This document shows positions 14,152 to 25,158 of a DNA stretch of 64,000 nucleotides, in pieces. Under the pieces are notes generated by a model that was not told the origin of the DNA, did no database searches, and worked only from the letters and a program-made list of their open reading frames with translations. How positions within the stretch are numbered: position 1 is the stretch's first letter; every line of letters begins with the position of its first letter. Where the stretch lies: NCBI GenBank assembly GCA_013239625.1, contig MU054391.1, positions 620,001 to 684,000 on the forward strand. The letters run 5' to 3'. The stretch is from Lama guanicoe. Lineage: Eukaryota. Both the position numbers and the translations under genes were made by a program.

Positions 14152-14910
14152 TTACAGAGAGAATCTGCCGCCGATCCCAGCCCTGCGTCCCTGTGAAGTA
14201 CCCCGTCCTCAAACGCTGGTGGAGCGGCTGAGACACGCAGCCTTGCAGCTCACTCCTGGGTGAACCGCCCGCAGGAGGAGGCGAGAAAAACAGGACACTC
14301 GTCGGGGCGACAGCTGGCCCCTCACAGGGCAGAAGCCGGTCTGAGCAACAGGTACCCGGAGGCAGCGCGGATCCCGCGTCCCGGCTGCAGGGCGCTCCAG
14401 GCTGTCAGTGTGACGCCAGCAAGCGCCGCCGTGGGCTGCAGGGACTCTGGGAGACCGCCGCGGGGCCAGCGTGGAGACGCAGCAGCGTTCGCCCCGTGGC
14501 TTCTGGGCGGGAGCTGGCTGGCTAGCAACCACCTGTGATGTCCTCAGCAAGCGACTTCAGGCTGAAGGGCTCAAAGCCACAAAGCTCGCTCGGCCGGCAA
14601 ACCCTAACCGGGCTACTCAGCGTGTGCACCTCAGCCTCGCCGGGGCAGCGGGGGCGCCCGAGAGCCCAGGGCGCGAGCCACACGCTGGCCTGGCAGGGGA
14701 GGCGCGCTGGCCCCGGGGCCGCACGCAGGGGCAGGTGGTCCACAGAGACGCCCACGCCCGCCCGCTCCAGCCTGAACTAAAATCCAGCCGTTTAACAGGT
14801 CTGAAAGTCACTGAGAATTAGACGAGACCACCTTCTTTACCAAGGAGTCTTAGAGAAGTTAAATTCCACGCTCATAGGCGTGACCCCTCCTGTCACAGTC
14901 CAACAGGGAT

Positions 14911-15292
14911 TATTATGGGTTGAACTGCGACCCCCCTCAAGTTCACACGTTGCAGCCCGACCCCCAGGGCCTCAGACGGGACCGTATTTGGAGACAGAGT
15001 CCTTACAGAGGTGACCACGGGAGAGTGAGGTCATCGGGTGGCCCTGGTCCAGCACAGCTGGAGTCCCTGTAAGAGGGGAGACTGGGAGGCAGGCACACGG
15101 GGACTCCACGTGAGGACCGCCGAGAGCCTGCAGAGCTGGGAGGGGGCGCAGATCGCCCTCGGGGCGCAGCGGGACCAGCCCCAGCCCCACCAACCCCTGA
15201 CTTTGGACTTGCAGCCTCCGGGGCTGCGGGAGGAGACCTCTGCCCGAATCGGGTCATCGATGCCCTGTCGCGACAGCGCCGGGGACCCCCAC
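14911..15292 (+). mobile_element. MLT1-family (ERVL-MaLR) solo LTR
   Basis: TATGGGTTGAACTG...GTATTTGGAGACAGAGTCCTTACAGAGGT...GACTTTGGACTTGCAGCCTCC follows the MLT1B-like layout. Confidence 0.8.
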
Positions 15293-17093
15293 AGGGCCCT
15301 GGGCCCGAGCGGGTGGACAGCTCTCTTGTGATGTTTGCTGAGCTTTTAGTGTCACGATCTTCTCAGGAATCCGATTATTTTGAGCTAGTTTAATAACTGT
15401 AACTGACTTCCGGAAAGGGTTCTAGTTAACGGCACGGTAAGAGGCAGCTCAGGGAGCGTTTGAGTCACTAAAATGACAAGCGTCTGGCGCGGGGGTCAGC
15501 AGTGAAGCGCAGCGCCCCGGCATCTCCCTCCCTGCTTCAGCTCAGGTTCTCGGGTCCCCTGCCACCATCGTGGGCAGCACAGACCCTCACCCTGGCTCGC
15601 TCCCTCTGATGACCCTGCAGCCCAGCAGCGTGCTCCTCCCCTGCACACACAGCCTGCTTTTCTAGTAAACGTGTGCAGAACAGAGCGGATTCCACCCTCC
15701 CGCCCCCGGGGAGGGGCTGGGAGGGGAGGACAGATGAGGAGGACCTCTGGGGGACGCAGATTCTGGAGTCTGAATGTGGAGGGGACTCTGGCCAGCCGAG
15801 ACTTCAGTGTAAACCAGACGACCTGTGTTCTCTTACCTCGCTGGACACTGAGCTTTCACAGGGTTTGCACAGAAGACCCCACATGAGGGGAAGCCCCGAG
15901 ACGGCCTGGGCCATGCGTCTCAGTGGGAGCCGTGCGGACGTGTCACCCAGAACACTATTTACTCAAGAACGGAGTTTCAAGTTCAGAGTCAAGACCGCGG
16001 CTTGAAAACATGCAGCCCCTGGCTCCATCCCCTTGTCCATAAACCCCAGGCCACAGGGGGCCACAGGGGGAACCAGAAAGCAGACTGACAGGGAGGGAGG
16101 ACCTGGCACCGTGAGATCAGACCCAAGTGGGCGGCAGGAGAGGCTCTGGACCAACTGTCCCCCGGTTGGTGCAGCGGAGGGAGGTGCCAAGGCAGCAGCC
16201 CCGCACACCGGCCCCGAGCAGCGTGGGGCGGCCGGCAATGCTGGGGGCCGGGGGCCTGGGGCCTTGGGACTCGCACACCAGGTCTCAGCCACCTGGTACG
16301 AAAAATCCAATTTACATACGTCATTGATAAACCTGCACACTGATCATTACACTGAAACAGAACTGTGTTTATATACAGTTAAAGTCTTAGTAAAATTAAC
16401 CTGTTTCTTTCCAATTTTTATTGAAGCTGCTGGAAAGTTTACATTATATACATGGGTCACATCCGGCTCCTACCGGACAGTGCAGTCTGTGAAGGGGGAG
16501 CTTCACAACTTCTCAGAAGCAGTCACGTCAGCCCCCCACTGTCTCAGCCAGAAATCAGGGGACGCACAATTACAGCCCGGGGAGGCGCACAGAGGGCCTC
16601 TTTCCCACGGAAGGGGGCTCACGGTAAAAAAGCACCAAGCTGAGGTCCCAGAACTGCAAACACAAGAGCTGGGCCCAGACTCACCACGTGGCCTGACCCA
16701 CCCACGGCTGTGGCCGAGTGCACGGCGGGGAGGGCGAGCACATGGCGCGAGCAATCATTCCCCCCTCTGCAGAGGGAGGTGCTCGCATGCCCGGCACGCA
16801 CACACACTCACACTCAGGAGCGTCTTCTGGAGCAGCGGGGGGAGCAGAAAGTCAGAGGCTCTGAGACCTTAGCCCAGACAGACAGGCCGGGGCTGACGAC
16901 CTGTGGGGAGGAGGAGCCACGGTCACTCCAAAGCATGACCTGGACCCGGGGCACAGCCGCCGACCTCGGGGGCTGCTTCCCACCTGAGCCAGCCCTGCTC
17001 TGTGGGAGCTCCTGGACGGATGTATTACTTTAGTAACCTACTTGTTACTCATCACTCAATTTGTTACCTGAGTCGCAGAGTGAGAGCTCTCTT

Positions 17094-17239
17094 AGCGGTG
17101 TCCTCAGCGTGGTCCCCCGGGAACTTGTTACACAAGGGATTCTGAGACCCACCCCAAATCCGCAAACTCAGAAATTCTGGGGCTGGGGCCCGGGACTCTG
17201 CACCGTGATCCTCTCTGCAGGTGAGGTTTGACGGTCACG
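17094..17239 (+). mobile_element. MER5A-like hAT-Charlie element
   Basis: GTGGTCCCCCGGGAACTTGTTA...CCCACCCCAAA...TCAGAAATTCTGGGGCTGGGGCCC. Confidence 0.7.
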
Positions 17240-19239
17240 GCTCTCAGTGATGCCGGGAGGCAGCAGTGGGTGTGTGTGTGATGCACATGTATGTGCAAGG
17301 CCGTGTGGACACATGAGTGGCATCTGCGCGCACACACACAGCGGGCACCCCCCCACATCCTCTTGACCTTTAGCCCACGTGTCCCTGTGACATAGAGCTT
17401 ACACTAAGCGCAGACCAATTACAAGGTAGTTAAAACTCAGTGGGTACCCCAAGCCCCCATGTTTCAGCTTCACAGTAGTGTCCACGTGCGCCTGAGCAGA
17501 CGAGGGGCCCGACCCACAGGGCGAGGCCGCAGAGCATCGTCCGGCTCCCGCGCTACGACGCACGCACGGGGGGCTCGGTTGCGTTCCAAGAGCGATGTTT
17601 CCTCTCACAAGCACAACACCTCCACAGACAACGCTAACGGGAAAGCCCCTGCTCTAAACGCTCCCTCAGCTCGTCCCTGCCGGGCCTCGGGGTGGGGCTG
17701 GGAGTGGGGGCAGGGCCGCGCGGGCACCGCCTGCACCGCCCCCGCCCCGTGCCCGTGCCGCCCGGTCATCTGTCACCACCAGGGCTTCCGGGCTTCCCCA
17801 ACAAACAAGGATCTTCTGGAAACTCCCCAGGAAGTGGGCGCAGCGCACGGGGGCTGCAGACACCCTCCCCGCCCCAGGAGCGCCCGAACAGTGCTCATCC
17901 GGAGCAGCAGAGCTCGCCGAGCAGGGAAGGACTGCTCCGCACACCGATGACAGCCCCCACGCCCCCGGGCACGGTCGCAGAGGGAGAAGAGGCCACGCGC
18001 ATGCACAGTGACCCAGGAACCCTCACCTCCGTGGTGATCGTCACACACGGCCCAGGGATCTCCCCACCGGGCACTGAGTGTGTCAGGCCTGTGTCAGGGG
18101 ACCATCTCTGGGTCGTGCAGCCCCCACACTCAGAGGGTCTCAGCGCAGGAGTCCCTCAGGGGCGCCCAGAAACTATGACTTTAGGGCAAGGCCACCTCAG
18201 CCTCACGCAGCCGTGGACGCAGCGCGCGGCTCCAGCCTGGGGGCTGGCACCAGCAAGGGCGAGGGGGCCGGGAGGTCAGAGCAGCGAAGGGACCGTCCAA
18301 GGTCCGGGGACGCAGACCACAGTGGCAGCCCTGGGCCCAGAGGGGATGTGAGCCGGAACTCGTGTGAGCTTGTAGGGCCCCACCAACCTCAGCCCCAAGG
18401 GCTGGCTTCCGTGTGGTCACCGTAACACGGTGCCCAAGCACGGGCATCTCCCAGGCCGGGTCTCGGCCGCGCAGGTGTCCACGGGACCAGACCGTGACTG
18501 TCCGGGGGACTGGCAGCCGACCCCAGCCCTGCCTGTGCCCCGGTGATCCCAGGAACTGGGACTGAAGACTTTTCCCAAGGCCTTTCCATTCCACCCCCGG
18601 AAGCCACGGCGTGGGGTGCCTGGTGAGGACAGCAGCATCATTAGGGGAAAGGGCCCCACTCCTGTCTCTCAGCAAACGAGGCGCCAAAACAGCAGCCTGG
18701 GCGAGCGTGAAATCCAGTCTGCCCGACTCAGCGTGTCTGCGAGGCCGCCTGATTAGAAACAGCCCAGAAAGCAGCCCTCAGACAACAGCCTCGCGCCAGC
18801 CCGGCGGCCGTGGGAGCCCAGCACTGCCTCCGCTCAAAGGGCCGGCCCGCAACCTCCCGTGGCCAAGGCGGGACCCGGCGCAGGTGAGCCGTCCTGCATG
18901 GGAAGGACAGGGCACCGTGTGCGGGGGAGCCTGGGCGACACCGCGGGTCCCACCGGTGGGTCTCCAGGCTTCCCGCTCCCGTGGTGCCCGAGAGCCTGCG
19001 GTGTGCACAGCGGGGCCTGGGGCGTGAGTCCTGCCCTAAGCAGGCCCTACGAGCCTCACGCCCCTCCGCAAAGCCGCCATACTGCCTGGAAGACTTCCCT
19101 CCCTCCTTACACTTGTGTGCACACGTGTGTCCACACAGCCACGCCCCCTCCAGGCCAGGGTCACCCCGACAAGTGCTCTGAGCAGGTCTGTCAGTCCCAG
19201 TCTGGCGGCAGGTAGCGGATGTCACTCAGGGAAGCACAG

Positions 19240-19390
19240 AGCAGGCCCAGGTTCAACTCCCTCCTCTGCTCCTCACCAGCTGTGCAATCCTGGACAAATG
19301 CCTTGACCTCTCTGATCTTCGGTTTGCTCATCCACAGCAAGTGGGTGGTGCCACTGCCTCTCCTCTGGGGGCTGCATGAGGTGAGACCAG
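19240..19390 (+). mobile_element. MIR SINE remnant
   Basis: GGTTCAACTCC...CAGCTGTGCAATCCTGGACAAATGCCTTGACCTCTCTGATCTTCGGTTTGCTCATC. Confidence 0.65.
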
Positions 19391-20636
19391 CAGAGCAGGA
19401 GACTGGCCGGTGAGACAGAATCAGAGAGGAAAGGACCCCCCCGCGCCAGCCCCGGATCCATAAATTCCTGCAGGAAAACAGCCCCAGGAGACTCCCCACA
19501 TCCCCGATGGTGAAACTGCCAACGTGGGAAAGGGGCGATTTATAGGAGAGACTCGTGCAGGAGGGATCCCAGAATTAGGACGGCAGGCCGGCTGCACACG
19601 CAGAGCAGGAACGACCAGCAGAGATGAGAAATCCCTGCTGGAGGGTCTCTCCCGGGCCCTGCACGCGCTCCAGGCACCGGCCGCCACACTGACTCAGACA
19701 CCGTGCCTGCTCCAGGCGCCACCCCTGACCTGCCACCTGCGGGGCCCTGACATCAGCCCTGCAGCTGTGCAGGGACCTCACCTGGAAACCAGGTGCTCAG
19801 TGAGTCAGGACGGTGACCGCGTGCACAGAGGCTGACAGCTCAGGTGAGCAGGGAGCGGCACACAGGAGCCGCTGAGGCCGGCCTGGTGTGCACCAGCGTG
19901 ACCTCGGCACAGAGGAGAAGGCACAGAAGAGGCGGCGGAGGGTGGGGGAGTGCAGGGTGGGGCGGGGGCGCAGAGGCCCTCCCTGTGGAAGGGCAGTGAA
20001 TCCGCAACACGGAAATTAGGAAACAGCTGTGCAGGGAAGACAAGGTGTACATGCCCCAAGAACTACGGGCTTTTTCTTTTCCTTGATGCCTTAAAAATTG
20101 TGAATGAATGGTTTCACTGAGGTAACCAGACATAACCAAAAGATGGTTTTTTTCCTTTCCTTTTTAAAAATAATTTTAAACAAAGTAATCAAGTTTTGGG
20201 CTCAAGGAATAAAAACTCGTTCAACAAGAACAGCCCCGAACAGGAACAGAGGCAGCTGCAGACACCGGCTTGTCTCGGCGGGGCCCTCTCCCGGGCCAGA
20301 CGTGCTTTCGTGTCCACCCAGCCAGACGTCCAGGTGCTCTGGCACCTCCTGCACGGCCTCCGCTCCCCGCTGCCCCCGGGGCGTGGAGCCTCTCCCAGGC
20401 CTCTGGCCCCCTGGACCCCCTGCAGCACAGCCTGCCCGTCTCAGCCCCACTGCCAGCCTGAAGTTCAGTCCCTGAGTGTCTTCGAGCCCCTCTTCCCCAG
20501 AGAGACTTCTGTCCGAGCTAAGCCTGATCTTGGGAAACTGGCCAGAACTGGGACTGACTGTTCTGGACTTGGCATCCACATAGATCCAGCCAGCTGTGGC
20601 CGAGAACCCGGGCCACAGGAAACTCTACATGGACCC

Positions 20637-21426
20637 TGCATCTGACAGGGTTCCCCTGAGAAAAAGAACCAACAGGACATGTGTGAGCGTGCACGTGCAT
20701 GTGAGCATGTGAGCATGTGAGCATGTGTGTGTACATGAGAGCGTGTACATGACAGCATGTGTGCACGTGTGTACATGTGAGCATATACATCTGAGCATAT
20801 ACATGAGAGCATGTGTGCATGTGAGCGTGTGTGTGTACATGAGAGCGTGTACATGACAGCATGTGAGCATGTGTGCACGTGTGTACATGTGAGCATATAC
20901 ATGAGAGCATGTGAGCATGTGAGCATGTGTGTGTACATGTGAGCGTGTACATGACAGCATGTGAGCATGTGTGTGTGTACATGTGAGCATATACATGTGA
21001 GCATATACATGAGAGCATGTGTGCATGTGAGCGTGTGTGTGTGCATGTGAGCATGTGTATGTGTGAGCATGTCTGTGTGTGGAGAGAGACAGAGGGAGAG
21101 GCTGATTTACTTCAAGGAGAGACTTACTGTGCAGTCTCAGCAGGTCCCAGATCCGCAGGGTGAACCTGCAGGCTGGACACCCAGGAAAGAGCCGCTGTCC
21201 AGTCCAGGGGTCGCCCCGTCCGCGGCTGCGTCCCGTCCTGCTCTTCCCCTGGGCCCTTCGACTGGTGGGATGTGGCCCACCTGCGTTGTGGAGGGCACTC
21301 TGTTTTACCCTGACTTCACGTTCATCTGCTCTAAAAACACCTTCACAGAAACTTCTAGAACAATGTCTGACCAAATTTCTGGGCACTGGGGCCCAGCCAA
21401 GTTGACACACAAAGCCAGCCATCACA
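20637..21426 (-). mobile_element. MLT2-family (ERVL) solo LTR with an internal repeat expansion
   Basis: Ends resemble the recalled MLT2 consensus: CAGGGTTCCCCTGAGAAAAAGAACCAACAGGA... and ...GGCCCAGCCAAGTTGACACACAAAGCCAGCCATCACA. Confidence 0.8.
20677..21080. repeat. Complex (GAGCATGT)n/(CATGTG)n/(TG)n tandem array
   Basis: About 400 bp built from GAGCATGT, GTACAT and GTGT modules. Confidence 0.95.
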
Positions 21427-22079
21427 GACAGCCCTGCGTGCTGAGAAGTAGCCTACTTGTTACAACAAATATTATAATTTGAACAACTGAACGGGTTGAG
21501 GTTGTTCTTGCAGAGACAGACAGGGTTCGTGCTTTGAGTTCAGCAAAATAAACGGATAAATCATGTTATCCACTGGCACTCGTCCAGGACTCAGCCAAGC
21601 GGCAAGCTGGAGTCCAGCCCCTCAGCACAAACCCAGCCCGGGAAGCAGCGCTCGGGCGCCACCAAAACAGACTGACTTTTGCCTGTTGCTTTTCTAAGAG
21701 CCTCAAGTCAGGCTGTGTTTTAATTACCTCCACTGAGGAGATGGATCACAAATGGAATCAAAAAATACTGATATCAAATAGTTACTCTCCACCCAAGAGG
21801 CTCTGAGAGTATCTAACCGGAGAAGCTTCCCACAGACACAGAACTCGCGTCTTTAGGAAGACAGGACGCATACCCCGAGTTACTTACTGAGTGAGAGGAC
21901 GCTGCACAGAGTTGCATGAGACTGTCTCATAACCAGAAAAGACCACAGGACAAGGAGGCGAGGGGCAAGTGACAAACCCAAAGGGCTTGCAAGGGATGGG
22001 TCAGAGGGGAACCATCAGGAAAGGCTCCGAGGGAGGGGACACAAAAAGGAGCCCCACATAGGAATAAAGATAAACCTTA

Positions 22080-22171
22080 CGGAGGGAGAGGGTAGAGCTC
22101 AGTGGTAGAGCACATGCTTAGCGTGCACAAAGTCCTGGGTTCAATCCTCAGTACTTCCATTAAAAAGAAAA
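22080..22171 (+). mobile_element. tRNA-derived SINE (camelid Vic-1-like) with intact target-site duplication
   Basis: A-box AGCTCAGTGG, B-box GGTTCAATCC, A-rich tail, and 14-bp TSD AAAGATAAACCTTA at 22066-22079 and 22172-22185. Confidence 0.9.
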
Positions 22172-22859
22172 AAAGATAAACCTTATTTAGCCAAGGTGGT
22201 CCCTCCTGAAGGTTTCCTGCTGGGACCTCTTCACCCTCCCACGTTACCAGCCTGCCCTGCCCCACCGGACACTCCCTGGTGGGGAAGCTGGGACAGTCCT
22301 CCCTCCTTGCACCGATGTTCAGACTTCTTATGGTCTCGCAGGCCTTCCCAGTGACAGAGTGAGAAGCCTTAAGCAGCGCCCACTGCATGTAACGAGCTGG
22401 GTCATTTCCAGCATCCAGATACCAGCTCGACAGGCTCCTTGAAAGAACAGAGGAGACAAGCACTCTGCTCGTTTTCTGTTGGGCATCCTTCGCGCAGGGC
22501 CCAGCTGAGAAAGGCTGCGAGACACCAGTCTCTGAGGAACCACTGAAGAATGAGAAGGAGGCGTCTCTCAGGAAAGAACCAGAGAGCTGGTTTTAGAGCC
22601 AGTGCTCTCTGAGCTTAGGAGAAGAGAGGCTGGAGTCTGAGAAAGTTCTCCCCAAGCTGTGTCCCTTCTCCAACCCTCCAGCTGGACTGCCAGCCCCACT
22701 CTGAACCACAGTGGGCGGGCGGGCGCAGGACAGGGCTGCGTCAGCTAGCGACACCCCACCACGCAGCACTCCCCACGCCACTGGTGCCTCACAGCAGGAG
22801 GGTCTGCCGGTCTCAGCCCCAGTGCTGGACACTTAACAAAGACACCAGGGCGCGGGAGG

Positions 22860-23130
22860 GCGGATGGGGGACGGAGGGAGGAACACATGGTGGGGGCGGG
22901 TGGACGGATGGAGGGGTGGCGAGTGGGTGGGTGGTTACGGAAGGAGGAATGCATGACCGGATGGGTGGATGGATGGATGAGGGAATGGATGGATGGAAAG
23001 ATGGACGAATGGATAGGCGGATAGATGGAAGCATGGACAGATGGATGGTTATGGATCAAAGGGTAGAAGATGCAGTGATGGGCGGGTGGACGGGTAGATG
23101 GAAGAAAGGGCTCATGGGTAGATGGATGGG
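22860..23130. repeat. Degenerate (GGAT)n simple repeat
   Basis: GGATGGATGG-rich tract. Confidence 0.9.
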
Positions 23131-24599
23131 GTGACACAAGCACTGATCTAAGGAAACTAGACAACAACAGAAAACGCACAAGAAACAGATGCTCAGGGTT
23201 AATATTTAGCCCCCTGTTGCCATGCCAACACAAACATCCCGCATTCTGAATAAGGAACAGTGATGACTAACTGCATCCACTTTAACTGCTATTTTTAAAA
23301 GTTAAAGTGCTGCTCAGCTGGTTATGGATTTTTAGAAATATTGTTTCAGTCCAGGAAGCGACGAGCCTAATCTGGGCTCCCTTCCCCCAGAGGAAGCCGT
23401 GAGCAGGAAGAGAAGCAGGAACTGAGCGAGGACTTCAGATGCGCGGAGCCCCCATCCCGCGGGTGAACCCCTCCTCTCCCGCGCCGTCTGCAGTCCTGCT
23501 TCTCCTGAGGAAGGAGCTCTCCGCGCACGGCGGTCCTCTCGTTTTCTGCACAGAAAGGGAGGCTATTAACCCAGTCTTGTCAAGGGCAAAATCGTCCCAT
23601 CTCTGCCAATCCAGGCTTTTCTTTCAGTGAGAGTAACTCCAAATCTCCATTGTTAAAGTCCTTAATTCTTAGCAAATAATTAACGTTGGGCGTGCAGGGA
23701 AGAGTGGGAGCTCACAATTCCAGGACCACGAAAGGCACCTTCCAGGCCTGCCTCCCAAAAGGAACATAGACGCTTCTTGGACATCCGGGTTTGGTCTGTG
23801 GGAGAGAAAACTGACCACCTAAAATGCACTGAAAACTACGCTCAGCGGTATTTCCTGTTTGCATCTCAAGTATCTGCTCAATTAAGGGCAGAGCGAAGGA
23901 TAAGGGAACAGCCCCACCCCGGGAGCCCCTGCCTGCAGCCACCAGGAGGGAGGAACCCAGCCGCCCCCCACCCAGGCCTCCAGCCGCTGTCTTCCCAGCC
24001 CAGCAAGGAGCGTGCTCCCCTCCCAACTGCCCTGGCACAGCCCACGCCCAATCTCAAGGCTCAGTAAACCCAGATTGTGGTAATGAAACAGCTTCCGCCC
24101 CAGAGCGCCCACCCTGCGGGCTCTGCGACCAGAATCGCACACACATCCCCTTCCTCGTGCCTCAGCAAATCTCCACAGCTGGAGGGTGAGGCTTCGAGGG
24201 GGAGCGCCTGACCCCGCGGGTGCACGTCAGGAAAGCTCGGGGCCGGCTCCACGCTGAGCTGCAGCCCCATGGACGAGCTCTGGGTACCTCGGTCCGACGG
24301 GCGTCCTGCCCAGGACGGCCTCCCCCATCCCCCACCGTGGCCTTCAGCGGCTCCGGCTCCAGGTCCAGGAGATGGGACATCTTACAGGTGATGAAATTTA
24401 ATGACTGTGAACTTGACAGAACCTCAAAGGCAAGACACTTTGCACCCGAGAAGATGGGGCAGAGCCTGCTTCAGATGTTAAGTGCCTTGTTATAACCGCT
24501 CTTACCGAGTAAACCGCGGGGCCCCAGCTCCAGGAGGTGCCGCAGGGTGAGTGCCTCAGACTTTGCAGGCAGCCAGCGCTGCATGGAACCTGGAAGACG

Positions 24600-25158
24600 G
24601 GACGCACTCCCTCCACGGATTCCAGCTCTGAGAACATAACAGCCTCGCTTAACCTCCCCATTACCCCCAAACTGACCCTCGTGGTGCCTTTGTGGCCATC
24701 GGGGACACAGAGCGGTGGGGACCGTCACTGCTGGATGTGGAAACAAGCGTCCCTTTCAAGCTCTACTTAGTGCCACGTTGTTTGTGTTTTGGGGCCTTTT
24801 GTTGGTGACTTTGCTGTTTAAAATCGCCTCCCAGGGCGGTGCTGACGTGCGGTCTGGTGAGGAAGCATGGGGTGTAAAGGACATCGCGGGGAAGCACGTG
24901 CGTGTGGGACCCGCCTCCTCCAGGCACAAGCCATGCGCTGGTGCCCTGGGCTCCACGTTAATGAATCAAAAACATACATCTTTGAACAGAGCACACCCCA
25001 AACTAGGTTATGCCCTGACCCACTGACGACAGTGTTGTGACCAGTGCCGCGTGGGACCCTAACCCTGTATTTCCCAGAAGCAAGGTTTCCCTGGTTGCTA
25101 ACTCAGTGTTCATGGTTACTTAATAGAACAGAAGTCCGTGAATAATGAGAATCAGCCT
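24600..25158 (+). mobile_element. MER82-like TcMar-Tigger DNA transposon
   Basis: TTAGTGCCACGTT, TTGTTGGTGACTTTGCTGTTTAAAAT, GTTAATGAATCAA, CCTAACCCTGTATTTCCC and GAATAATGAGAATCAGC occur in the recalled MER82 order. Confidence 0.75.

Noticed and set aside
16033-16872. 279-aa ORF
   Set aside because: It is antisense in a PXDN intron, has a non-ATG start and shows no recognisable homology; such ORFs are expected by chance at this GC content.
20465-21425. His/Cys/Met-rich ORFs
   Set aside because: They are translations of the CATGTG simple-repeat array in all three minus frames.
22080-22171. tRNA-like sequence (also 5124-5200)
   Set aside because: It has A and B boxes but also an A tail and TSD and no proper acceptor stem, so it is a SINE rather than a tRNA gene.
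25055-25070. CCCTAACCCT telomere-like motif
   Set aside because: It is a single unit and part of the MER82-like element.
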